Below are positions 51,770-60,606 of a stretch of DNA of 64,000 nucleotides, one piece after another (the stretch's first letter is position 1; each line of letters opens with the position of its first letter). The stretch is from a virus. The DNA lies in the IMG/VR virus record IMGVR_UViG_3300034272_001354, positions 12,983 to 76,982 of that record; one strand, written 5' to 3'. The notes below the pieces were generated by a model, which saw only the letters and a program-made list of their open reading frames with translations, searched no databases and was not told the origin of the DNA. The translations under genes were made by a program, and so were the position numbers.

Positions 51770-51943
51770 ATGAAAAAAGTATTATTAGCTCTTACAGTTA
51801 TCGCAACGTTATCATTAACATCTTGCAAACAAGTAAACACAGAAGAATCAACAACATCTGTTGATACAACAGCGGTTGATTCAGTATCAGTAGATACAAC
51901 AGCCGTAGACACTACACAAGTAGATACTACTCAAGTGAAGTAA
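51770..51943 (+). CDS. 57-aa lipoprotein with VD(T/S)x repeats (absent from ORF track)
   Basis: MKKVLLALTVIATLSLTS-C lipobox, then KQVNTEESTTSVDTTAVDSVSVDTTAVDTTQVDTTQVK; terminator follows. Confidence 0.75.
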   Translation: MKKVLLALTVIATLSLTSCKQVNTEESTTSVDTTAVDSVSVDTTAVDTTQVDTTQVK

Positions 51944-51980
51944 TCTAAAACAAAAAACCCCTCTTAACGGAGGGGTTTTT

Positions 51981-52589
51981 TTATTTTAATAAGTTTCTAA
52001 TTTTATCTATTTCCTTATTTACTCGTTGTTCTTTTAATCCTAAAGCTTTACCAAACGTATCCCCAATAAAACTATTTAAAATATTTGTACTTATAGATTC
52101 AGGACTATCTCCTGTTGCTGTAGCCCCACTAGTCGATGTTGTACCACTAGATGATGTTGTTGAAGTTTGTTCAGTATTTGAGACATGAACATGATTATCA
52201 TGACCCGGAAAACCAAACGTTAAAACTGATTTAGGATTTCCTGATTCTGAATTTTTAGTATATCCTAATATTTCTAATTGATTAACAAAATTATCAACAT
52301 TACCTCTATTTGATGGAGTTTTAACCGGAGTTTCATTAACTAAACTAATATCGACAGCATTACCTGATGGATGTCTACTTGCGTTTCCTGATGCCGTTTC
52401 CGCACTATGACCTGAAATTGCTGTAGTTATAGTAACCCTAACATTAGCATTTTTAGCCGCTTTACAAATATCCTTCAATAAATTTTCATTAACTTTATCA
52501 CTTGAACTATCATTATCTACTTTAACGTTTCCACAACTCAAAGATGATATCTGAATATTCGCTTCTAATAATTGTATTAATTTTTTCAT
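51981..52589 (-). CDS. M15-like (LAS) zinc peptidoglycan peptidase
   Basis: SRHPSGNAVD (H-x6-D) and HDNHVH (HxH). Confidence 0.65.
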   Translation of the reverse strand: MKKLIQLLEANIQISSLSCGNVKVDNDSSSDKVNENLLKDICKAAKNANVRVTITTAISGHSAETASGNASRHPSGNAVDISLVNETPVKTPSNRGNVDNFVNQLEILGYTKNSESGNPKSVLTFGFPGHDNHVHVSNTEQTSTTSSSGTTSTSGATATGDSPESISTNILNSFIGDTFGKALGLKEQRVNKEIDKIRNLLK

Positions 52590-52590
52590 A

Positions 52591-53196
52591 TTATTGTTGT
52601 AAGTGGTTCATTAACACACCACCAATTGATGTTGACTGAACCAATAATTGAGTTACAGTTTCTTCGTTTAATTTTGTTTTTTTCTTGGTATAATCAATTC
52701 CTAACATTCCAATAAATCTACCTTCAATACATTTTATCGCAAAAAGATATCCTGATTTACATCCGGTATCTTCTGCAATATATTTTAAACCAAAAGTCGC
52801 TACTGTATCATCTTTAAAATCAGGAATTTCAATTGTATCATGTTCTAATAATTGATTAATTGAACGGCTAAATAAATTAACAGGTATATTGTGAAAATTT
52901 CCTTGTATTGATGATACTGACGGAGCAACAGATTCATATATAATACTGAACTTTGCCATTGATTTTCCGGTTGGATAGAAATTACCTCCATTGTGGAATT
53001 GTGCAACCCATACTCTATCTCCTTTATATTCTTCCTTTATATGGTCTAATTTGGTCATTACAAGCTCACTGACTTTTAACGTTTCCAATACCATATCCGG
53101 TTTTTCTGCTTTTTTTTCTAATTTATTCTTAATGAATAATAATAGAATAGGACCTAAAACCCCCGTGATAAACGCTACTATTATAGATACACTCAT
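52591..53196 (-). CDS. TM plus GAF-like protein, candidate T4 T-type holin
   Basis: Single N-terminal TM helix; DRVWVAQFHNG...IGMLGIDY GAF-like domain; directly upstream of the peptidase. Confidence 0.5.
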   Translation of the reverse strand: MSVSIIVAFITGVLGPILLLFIKNKLEKKAEKPDMVLETLKVSELVMTKLDHIKEEYKGDRVWVAQFHNGGNFYPTGKSMAKFSIIYESVAPSVSSIQGNFHNIPVNLFSRSINQLLEHDTIEIPDFKDDTVATFGLKYIAEDTGCKSGYLFAIKCIEGRFIGMLGIDYTKKKTKLNEETVTQLLVQSTSIGGVLMNHLQQ

Positions 53197-53270
53197 AATT
53201 TTAACTTAATGTTTTATATAACTTATAAATAGTAATTAAATAAAAAAAGTGGAACTAATGTCCCACTTTT

Positions 53271-54296
53271 TTACAATTTTTTAAATTCAGGTCTGATTAG
53301 GTTCCATATGATTTCAGAGTAATCTTTTTTATCTAACATTCTAAATAGAATTCCTGACAAATGTTTTGGTTGGGTTGATACCCACTCAGCAAACTCTTTT
53401 CTATCTGTGATAGGTTCTTTGTCGTTATATTTCCCATACATCATATAATCAAACTTTTTACCTGCATCTTCAGATATTTGGAAGTAAGAATATCTCAAAT
53501 CTTTAACATAGTTTTGAATTTTTTTGTAAAATTCATCCGGAACATCTTTTAATAGTTCCATGACATCCTCACCATTTTTAAGATATTCCCAAATACCGGT
53601 TGTGGTAACATTAGTCATAATTTTGTGAAGACGTAGATATTCAACCCCTTTAACTTTGATTCTATCTCCATTAGAGAACTTTACCACAAATCCTTCTTGG
53701 TCATCTTTAATCATGGATTTAAGTTGATTAAAATCCTTAATACCATCATATTTTTTAACCACATCAAACCCCCATTGTGACCAAATCTCAGAATCGGTTT
53801 CTTTCCCGTTCTTATCAAATGTCCCCAATAGAATTAGTTTCTCATCATCACCATAATCCAAAACAATTCTGTTCTCCGGATAGATAATTTCAAAACAAAA
53901 AGTCAAATGTCTAAACATAATATCTTTGTTATATTTTTTAAGGATTTCTGTCGCCTTGATTGCTTGGTCAGAAGTGAATGAACCACGAGTGGCTACCACC
54001 CATTGACCTTGATACCAAAACACAATCCCTAATGAACCATCCATTTTTTCAAATACTTCAAAGTTTTCAGTTGGGGTAAATTTACCTTCTTCTATATTAA
54101 AGAATTTTTGGAATGGTATTGCAACCATATTCCCTTCGTTATCGGTAACTAAACCTCTACACATCAGGGTCACCTCATCCCATAGGTTCTCGAACTGAAC
54201 TTTTTCAGTGTAGTTCCATATGGTTAATGGAAGTGTTGGATGTACTTGTTTGTAAAGTAATCCGTCTTCGTAATATTTGTTTAGTTTTTCTAACAT
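53271..54296 (-). CDS. RNA ligase 1 (T4 RnlA-like)
   Basis: CRGLV, KFFN, EKMDGSLG, ATRGSF, FEII, EGFVV, KVK. Confidence 0.9.
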   Translation of the reverse strand: MLEKLNKYYEDGLLYKQVHPTLPLTIWNYTEKVQFENLWDEVTLMCRGLVTDNEGNMVAIPFQKFFNIEEGKFTPTENFEVFEKMDGSLGIVFWYQGQWVVATRGSFTSDQAIKATEILKKYNKDIMFRHLTFCFEIIYPENRIVLDYGDDEKLILLGTFDKNGKETDSEIWSQWGFDVVKKYDGIKDFNQLKSMIKDDQEGFVVKFSNGDRIKVKGVEYLRLHKIMTNVTTTGIWEYLKNGEDVMELLKDVPDEFYKKIQNYVKDLRYSYFQISEDAGKKFDYMMYGKYNDKEPITDRKEFAEWVSTQPKHLSGILFRMLDKKDYSEIIWNLIRPEFKKL

Positions 54297-54307
54297 AATT
54301 TTTTCAA

Positions 54308-54706
54308 TTAAAGTTTCACCTCGAAACGTTTTTTCATTAACCCCAATTTATCTTCCGGAACCCCGTGTTCATTAACACCTCCGTGTCTGTTTTCTACGAT
54401 AAGTGAATGAACTCTGTATCCATATTTTTCCGCTAATTCAAAATAAGGTGTCATTTCCCACTCTTGTGTGAATGTGTTTGAAACTACAATTCGTTCATTA
54501 ATATTTGCCGAGTAATTTAAAAGCATTGCATTACTAACTTGTGTCTGACACCAACTATGAGCATCTCTTAATCCTGTAATGTCAAATTGATACTCACCAT
54601 CTTTCATAAAATACATATCGGCTTCGTAATGAACACCACCGATTGATTTTGCCAATGTTGATTTACCACTTCCCGGTAATCCTCTTAATAAAAATAATTC
54701 TTTCAT
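54308..54706 (-). CDS. P-loop polynucleotide kinase-like (AAA_33)
   Basis: LRGLPGSGKST, VSNTF, HGVP. Confidence 0.8.
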   Translation of the reverse strand: MKELFLLRGLPGSGKSTLAKSIGGVHYEADMYFMKDGEYQFDITGLRDAHSWCQTQVSNAMLLNYSANINERIVVSNTFTQEWEMTPYFELAEKYGYRVHSLIVENRHGGVNEHGVPEDKLGLMKKRFEVKL

Positions 54707-54912
54707 AATTTTATGTATTGTCGTTTATATTTTGTTTGTTGTTCATTTAACACAAGGATATATCTTTTACCTGATTTGGTTTTGTAAACCTGAAATCTCA
54801 TCGTGTCAATATAATACCATTCATCAGTATATGAATGTTCATAAATTCTTTTTTCAGCTTCACAAGACACCAAAGTGAAAAATAAAAATAATATTATTAA
54901 ATTTTTTATCAT
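54703..54912 (-). CDS. small lipoprotein
   Basis: MIKNLIILFLFFTLVS-C lipobox. Confidence 0.6.
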   Translation of the reverse strand: MIKNLIILFLFFTLVSCEAEKRIYEHSYTDEWYYIDTMRFQVYKTKSGKRYILVLNEQQTKYKRQYIKL

Positions 54913-55220
54913 ACCTCACATTCTTTTAAATGTTTAATAATTTTTTCAAGACCTTTAACATCCTCCGATTTAATTATGAATTCATCAAAGGCACCATATC
55001 TACATTGTCTCCCAAAAATATATCTTAATCCATAACCAACTCTTTGCCAAAATGGTCTTTTATTAAGATGTGTGTGAATATAAACCATAGGATATGTCAT
55101 ACCATCAATTTCGTCTTCAGAATATAATACAACCATTTGATGTTCTGTACTATGACAGGAACATATGAATAAATCTGTTTTTGTTTCTTTAACTCTCATA
55201 TCACTTTCTTTTTTTACCAT
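54909..55220 (-). CDS. hypothetical protein
   Basis: ORF with CSCHSTEH motif; true start may be internal. Confidence 0.6.
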   Translation of the reverse strand: MVKKESDMRVKETKTDLFICSCHSTEHQMVVLYSEDEIDGMTYPMVYIHTHLNKRPFWQRVGYGLRYIFGRQCRYGAFDEFIIKSEDVKGLEKIIKHLKECEV

Positions 55221-55863
55221 CTTCAGTTATTACCTCATCTGTGTGGTGGTCACCATCCATATTTGAACGAATCTCTCTTTCCTTAACAATCTTAATTACG
55301 TTACTTAAATCGTATGGTGAAAAGAACAAACTACCATCCATTCCTACATCCATTCTACGGCCTTTACCAAAAATTTTTGTTTGAGGTAAGTGACAGTGTC
55401 CGTGTAAGTGGATGTGTCCTTTGTTTAACCCATCCCAAGAATCAATTGGATAGTGCATTAAAACCAATGTCTCAAACTTATACATTAATTTTGTGTAGTG
55501 ATTAACACTTGCAAACATTTCCTGACAATCCTCTCGGTTGTTTTCAATGTGATGGTCGTGATTACCTAATATAAGGTGAATCTCTTTACACACAATTCTA
55601 TCTCTAAAATTTTTGATATTTTCAAATCCCCCAAAACTCCAATCTCCCAAGTGAATCAAAACATCATCTTGACCAACAACACTATTAATGTTGTTTACAA
55701 TCATATCATTCATCTCACTAATTGAATCAAAATCTCTAGTTTGAGCAATTGGAATACCCCCATCAGGTAATCTCCACGCAGTCACACCACGACATATATT
55801 TTTATGTCCAAAGTGTGTGTCGGAAGTTATCCATACCTTTCTATCTTTATCTATCTTAATCAT
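55201..55863 (-). CDS. calcineurin-like metallophosphoesterase
   Basis: SDTHFGH, HLGD, GNHD, HYP, HGHCH; start MIKIDK at 55863. Confidence 0.88.
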   Translation of the reverse strand: MIKIDKDRKVWITSDTHFGHKNICRGVTAWRLPDGGIPIAQTRDFDSISEMNDMIVNNINSVVGQDDVLIHLGDWSFGGFENIKNFRDRIVCKEIHLILGNHDHHIENNREDCQEMFASVNHYTKLMYKFETLVLMHYPIDSWDGLNKGHIHLHGHCHLPQTKIFGKGRRMDVGMDGSLFFSPYDLSNVIKIVKEREIRSNMDGDHHTDEVITEDGKKRK

Positions 55864-56548
55864 ACTGCAAATATACAAAATTTAATAACTTATTTAAATC
55901 CATTGTAACATTTTTTGGTGTTTTTTCAGGTGACAATATTTTCTCAACCTTTTTTGTTTGTGATGCTAACTCATATATAGTTTTTTTATCTGTACCAATA
56001 TTAAAAACCCCTTCAACATTTTTGTTTATTAATTTAACTAATAAATCAACAATTTTAGGGGTATAGTCGGCATTTGTGATAACATCGGTCCAAGCTCTAT
56101 CATATTGAAAAGGGAAAGGTTTATGAGATAAACGACAAATTAAAAATTTATCACATTCTAATTCGACATGTGCGTCACCAATTAATTTACTATACCCATA
56201 CCAACTTGAATGGTGTACGGGAACGTCACTTTCTTTTCGTTCATTGTCAGAATTCGCATAAATATAGTCAGTAGATATGTGAACTAACTTTTTACCCATC
56301 TGATTACAATAGTTAACTAAATGTTTTACAAAATGATAATTTATCTTTATATGTAATTCTTTATCATCCGAATATGTGTTAGTATTTGCAATACAATTAA
56401 CTATAACATCATATTTGTCTAACTTAAACATCCATTTGTCAAAATCATCAAGGTTTATGTTATCTTTCTTACGTGAAATATAATCCCACCCAGTTTGTTT
56501 TATAATTTCACCACCTAATATACCATCTCCTAAAACTATAATCTTCAT
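55856..56548 (-). CDS. RmlD-like dTDP-sugar reductase (SDR)
   Basis: GDGILG, HISTDYIY, YGYSK. Confidence 0.8.
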   Translation of the reverse strand: MKIIVLGDGILGGEIIKQTGWDYISRKKDNINLDDFDKWMFKLDKYDVIVNCIANTNTYSDDKELHIKINYHFVKHLVNYCNQMGKKLVHISTDYIYANSDNERKESDVPVHHSSWYGYSKLIGDAHVELECDKFLICRLSHKPFPFQYDRAWTDVITNADYTPKIVDLLVKLINKNVEGVFNIGTDKKTIYELASQTKKVEKILSPEKTPKNVTMDLNKLLNFVYLQYD

Positions 56549-57033
56549 ACTAACTCTTTTTCATAATTAAACCATTTAGGTTTTTCTCTGTTTTTCCAAG
56601 ACGCCAAACTAATTTTAGCACCCATGTAATAATTTCTATAAGATTCCACAACAGAATCTACCTTAAACTCATCCGGCATCGCCATCGCCGGAGTAGTGAA
56701 ACCAATGTCCGGGATGTTTGGTTTATTAATAATACACCAATTAATCACATCTATTGATTTGTGTCTTTTACCATACCTGTGGGTATATTCTTTTCCCAAC
56801 TCCAATCCCAATTCACACAAGTACAAATAATTTGATAAACTCTGACGAGCCCATACCGCACAAGGGTGATTCTTATGTGACAACTTGTACGGTACTTGGT
56901 CGGTATCTTGGTCGGTTACGTGATGAACCGAACATAATAACTGAGCAGTTTCCAATATCATTTTCACTACGTGTTTATCTACGTGGTATTGTGCCGACAA
57001 TATAGGATTCTCATCTAAGAAAAATATATTCAT
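56545..57033 (-). CDS. pyrimidine-dimer DNA glycosylase / DenV-related family protein
   Basis: MNIFFLD...DKHVVKMILETAQLL, HKNHPC, AMPDE, YRNYY. Confidence 0.7.
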   Translation of the reverse strand: MNIFFLDENPILSAQYHVDKHVVKMILETAQLLCSVHHVTDQDTDQVPYKLSHKNHPCAVWARQSLSNYLYLCELGLELGKEYTHRYGKRHKSIDVINWCIINKPNIPDIGFTTPAMAMPDEFKVDSVVESYRNYYMGAKISLASWKNREKPKWFNYEKELV

Positions 57034-57503
57034 TATACGTGTGGTATTCTGACTCTAACACAAGTTTGTGCTTGACCCTCGTTCATATAAAAATTGTTCA
57101 AATATCCCATAATGTTCGCACTCCCAATAGGGTTTGCAGAATGAACATATACAATTGGAAATACAAATTTATTCGCCTTTCTATCACTTCTACTCATATT
57201 AAAACGAGCTTCATTAGTATTGTGAAATAATGCAACCAAGAATTTAGCAGCGTCATATCCTGTTTTTTCTTCAATATTGTTATAATCCAAAGTATAGTTT
57301 GGAGAAACATTATCAAAATACTCTTTCATTGCAGTATCACCCAAATCGTGGTCCAAAGATATTATATCAATATTTTCTAACCCAACTTTATTTACTTCAC
57401 TAACAAATTCATCGTAATTTCTTACAACAATCCAATTATCTCCCGTTGGAGTTCTTACGTCATCTAAATAGATACGGTAAGGTGGTTTTACATTATTTTC
57501 CAT
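57033..57503 (-). CDS. cyclic-phosphate-processing receiver-like domain protein
   Basis: YLDDVR, ISLDHDLG, TGYD, VHSANPIG. Confidence 0.75.
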   Translation of the reverse strand: MENNVKPPYRIYLDDVRTPTGDNWIVVRNYDEFVSEVNKVGLENIDIISLDHDLGDTAMKEYFDNVSPNYTLDYNNIEEKTGYDAAKFLVALFHNTNEARFNMSRSDRKANKFVFPIVYVHSANPIGSANIMGYLNNFYMNEGQAQTCVRVRIPHV

Positions 57504-57504
57504 T

Positions 57505-57978
57505 TTATAATAATTTTTTTAATACACTATCCCAATCAGGATATTCATTCCAAACTTTTTTCTCATAATTCCAACCGAAATGAATTAATTCACCGGTAAA
57601 CTCTCCGGCACCATTTGCCGTTCTGTCATCAATTAAATAATCACCAAGTAATAAATCTTTTCGGTGAGTTATTACCATTTTCTTATGAAACAACCTACCA
57701 AAATATTTTTCAATCCAATACCTCTTATCTGTTGAGGCATATGGGTTACCCCAAGGTGATGCAGTAGCAATTAATAATTCATACTTACCACTCTCAACCA
57801 ACTTATTGATTGCTTCAATAGCACCATCATATGGTTTAGGGTCTCTAAAAATACCCGGAATATGGTCTGGACTATGTTTATACTTGTGAACTAAATTTGG
57901 ATGTTCATCGAACCATTTATCGAATTCCGCACCTAAATCGACCAACACACCATCCATATCAATAAAAATCCTTTTCAT
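57505..57978 (-). CDS. 5'(3')-deoxyribonucleotidase (NT5C, HAD)
   Basis: FIDMDGVL, KDLLLGDYLIDD; TATCTTTG promoter at 57997-58004. Confidence 0.85.
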   Translation of the reverse strand: MKRIFIDMDGVLVDLGAEFDKWFDEHPNLVHKYKHSPDHIPGIFRDPKPYDGAIEAINKLVESGKYELLIATASPWGNPYASTDKRYWIEKYFGRLFHKKMVITHRKDLLLGDYLIDDRTANGAGEFTGELIHFGWNYEKKVWNEYPDWDSVLKKLL

Positions 57979-58081
57979 ACTTTATATATTTTTTTACAAA
58001 GATAGTCAAATTTTTAATATAAAAAAATCCATCACGAAAAAATGATGGATTTAATTTGAAACCTTGTTATTTGTTTATTTT

Positions 58082-58954
58082 TTAGAATTTGTTCCCACAA
58101 GAAGAACAAAATTTATCGGAATCCTTTTTTCTTTTTTTTCCACAGTTAGTACAATACACTTTTAAGTCTTGTTTTTCATATACCTTTTGTGACATAGGTA
58201 GAATCTTCCATACAGAACTTGCACAAGTGTGATGATTAAAAGTTTTATTCACTGTTTGAAATGATTGGTCAGATGAACCCCCCTTTTCAACTCTACCGGT
58301 TTCAATAGAGTCCATAGATAACATATCCATAGTAACCTCACTACGAGAATTAGGTTTAGATTTTTTTAATCTTGAAGTCGCACTTCTTAAGTTTGGTCCT
58401 GCAAAGGTATTACTTATTGAAGTAGTATTAAAATTAACTCCCGCAGTATTACTTGATGATGTAAATGATACATTACCATTTGTGGTTGTTGTAATACCAT
58501 TTACATAATTTGTGTTAGTAGTAAATGACGGATTCCCTGAAACATAATTTGGGCCCCCAAATGAACCACCATAATACGTTATTGGGTTATTCCACACCGG
58601 TTGTTTATATTCATCAAAGAAGTCAATAACAACATCCCCATTTCCGGCGATGGCGTCCAATACCTCGTTTGATGTTCCGTCAACCTCATAAGTTTCAAAC
58701 TTAAACTTACGAGCTTCATTAAGATATCTCTCAAGATATACACGTTGTCCTGGTTTAAGTACAATTCCTCCTCCGGCAATATAATTTCCGTCAAGTTTTA
58801 TTTTTGCTAATATTGTGTTTGATGTTGGGTTAAATAATTCTAGTTCGAATTCATCCCCATTTTTAAGATAGACAGTTTGTCCAAATTGTTTAAGACGTTT
58901 TTTGTCTTTTGTGATGTACGCACAAGGCATACCTGTTTTTGTTTGGTAATACAT
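58082..58954 (-). CDS. hypothetical protein with C-terminal zinc ribbon
   Basis: CTNCG...FCSSCG. Confidence 0.7.
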   Translation of the reverse strand: MYYQTKTGMPCAYITKDKKRLKQFGQTVYLKNGDEFELELFNPTSNTILAKIKLDGNYIAGGGIVLKPGQRVYLERYLNEARKFKFETYEVDGTSNEVLDAIAGNGDVVIDFFDEYKQPVWNNPITYYGGSFGGPNYVSGNPSFTTNTNYVNGITTTTNGNVSFTSSSNTAGVNFNTTSISNTFAGPNLRSATSRLKKSKPNSRSEVTMDMLSMDSIETGRVEKGGSSDQSFQTVNKTFNHHTCASSVWKILPMSQKVYEKQDLKVYCTNCGKKRKKDSDKFCSSCGNKF

Positions 58955-59126
58955 AATTTCCTTATTTTATTTTTTATGTTTATTGAACTTCTCTTCGTTG
59001 GTATCAATTCCAACTCAAATGCCTCTGTGGACACGAGAACCTCAGCAACAAGGTTTCATTAATAAATATAAGGATGATTTGTTTTGTTGTAAATAAAAAA
59101 CCCCCAAGTTTCCTTGAAGGTTGTTG

Positions 59127-59201
59127 TGGCCCCTACAGGATTTGAACCTGTGACCTTCTCGTTATGAGCGAGCTACTCTTACCGGACTGAGTTAAGAGGC
59201 C
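59127..59201 (-). tRNA. tRNA-CAT (probably Ile2, alternatively Met)
   Basis: Cloverleaf GGCCTCT/AGGGGCC, anticodon loop CTCATAA. Confidence 0.85.
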
Positions 59202-59240
59202 AATTATGGGTTTTTAGTGTACCCATAAACACTTGAATAA

Positions 59241-59471
59241 CTATTGGTGGTGTTTCACATACCTACCAAATTTATCAACCCTCACAGAGAGTTTCTCCAA
59301 TCTAAAGTTCCATTGTTTGAACTTTCCTAAGCCCGATTTCATTCGTGCTTGTTTAATTGCAGATTCCTCTGCCTTCTCACGTCCCTCTTCCGTAGTTTCT
59401 ACGAAAAAAGTGGGAGCCTGAACACCGTTATAAACGGGAACTACTCTCCAAATTCTCAATTTCTGAGTCAT
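59241..59471 (-). CDS. hypothetical protein
   Basis: 76-aa ORF within the tRNA array. Confidence 0.6.
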   Translation of the reverse strand: MTQKLRIWRVVPVYNGVQAPTFFVETTEEGREKAEESAIKQARMKSGLGKFKQWNFRLEKLSVRVDKFGRYVKHHQ

Positions 59472-59537
59472 AATCTTAGCTAACTGCTAAAACTATGTGG
59501 AGTTTGGTTGTTGGTTTTTCATATTAGTAAATATTAG

Positions 59538-59610
59538 TATCCCCGACAGGAGTCGAACCTGCAGCTTACAAGGCTTAAACTTGTTGTGTTTACCGTTTCA
59601 CCACGAGGAT
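59538..59610 (-). tRNA. tRNA-Leu(TAA), short variable loop
   Basis: ATCCTCG/CGGGGAT, loop TTTAAGC, variable AAGCT. Confidence 0.8.
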
Positions 59611-59827
59611 GTGTTTCCACCAATGAGATTATTTTGGTGTAGATGTCCACAGTTTTCCTATTCAAAACCCATCGCGTCTTACCGCTTAAAAGTCAACAAC
59701 TACTCGGAGGGAATGTTGTCAGTTCCCTTTATTCCGACAGACCCCCTCTGTAAAACCGTTTGAGGCGTCAGCTACATCATTGTTTAAGAAACGATGCCAA
59801 ATCTATTGAGTATCTCTCACTCAATTG

Positions 59828-59907
59828 TAGTCAGGACAGGACTCGAACCTGTAATTCCGGTTAAACCCCTCGACGGGGCCGCGTCTATCCAATTCCGCCA
59901 CCCGACT
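59828..59907 (-). ncRNA. tRNA-like RNA with Leu-type D arm and aberrant anticodon loop
   Basis: AGTCGGG/CCTGACT; GCGGAATTGGATAGACGC; CCCC-GTCGA-GGGG; intact T arm. Confidence 0.6.
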
Positions 59908-60132
59908 ATATAGGACACGGGTTCGGTTTCCCCATATGTGTCCATACTTTTAGTAGTTGTGTTATTTTAAGAGAAATAACCCGGTGCCCACCGAAGAACC
60001 CGTATTTTTTGTCCGCACAAAAATTTGTAAAAAGGCCGTATTATCGTTTGGTCTATTTCAACCGTCCGAGTTCTACATTTTACATCCAAGAACCCATACC
60101 CTCATACGGAGAGAACGAAAGTGGATGACCTG

Positions 60133-60215
60133 AGCTGGTGATTGGATTCGAACCAACGTGACCTTTCGGTTCCTGATTACAAATCAGGTGCAATCAACCT
60201 CTATGCGACACCAGC
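60133..60215 (-). tRNA. tRNA-Thr(TGT), long variable arm
   Basis: GCTGGTG/CACCAGC, loop TTTGTAA, variable arm ACC-GAAA-GGT. Confidence 0.8.
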
Positions 60216-60267
60216 CTGTCGCAGAGTATTTTTTTTAAGTAGAAGTCAACTCTGTCTCTTAAACTAC

Positions 60268-60421
60268 TGATAACCAACAGGACTCGAACCTGTAAGGATA
60301 TAACACTTCTTGCTGTGTTTTCTCCGGCAGTTTCCGTCCGTGAGCAAGAGATTGAGAAGTTCACTCTCAACCAATCATATTGGACTAGACCCCCGTGTAT
60401 ACCAATTCCACCACAGTTATC
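60268..60421 (-). ncRNA. giant tRNA-like RNA (about 100-nt insertion)
   Basis: GATAACTG/TGGTTATC acceptor, GTGGAATTGGTATACAC D arm, ACAGG-TTCGAGT-CCTGT T arm. Confidence 0.6.
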
Positions 60422-60525
60422 ATTTTTTAACATCATCACTTCGGCCACATTGGGAGAACCGCAGTTCCCACGTTGTTTAAGGAGGTAGTTGGCGGTGTAT
60501 CACACCGAGTTATGATAATGTATTG

Positions 60526-60598
60526 TACTCAAGGAGGGATTCGAACCCTCAAAACCTTGTTCCTAAGACAAGTGTGTATACCGTTCCACCACTAGAGC
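60526..60598 (-). tRNA. tRNA-Leu(TAG), short variable loop
   Basis: Loop CTTAGGA, variable GTTTT. Confidence 0.8.
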
Positions 60599-60606
60599 AA
60601 TTGTTG

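Noticed and set aside
58057-59058. IS element or retron suggested by the flanking inverted repeat
   Set aside because: The enclosed protein has no transposase or reverse transcriptase motifs and no target-site duplication is evident
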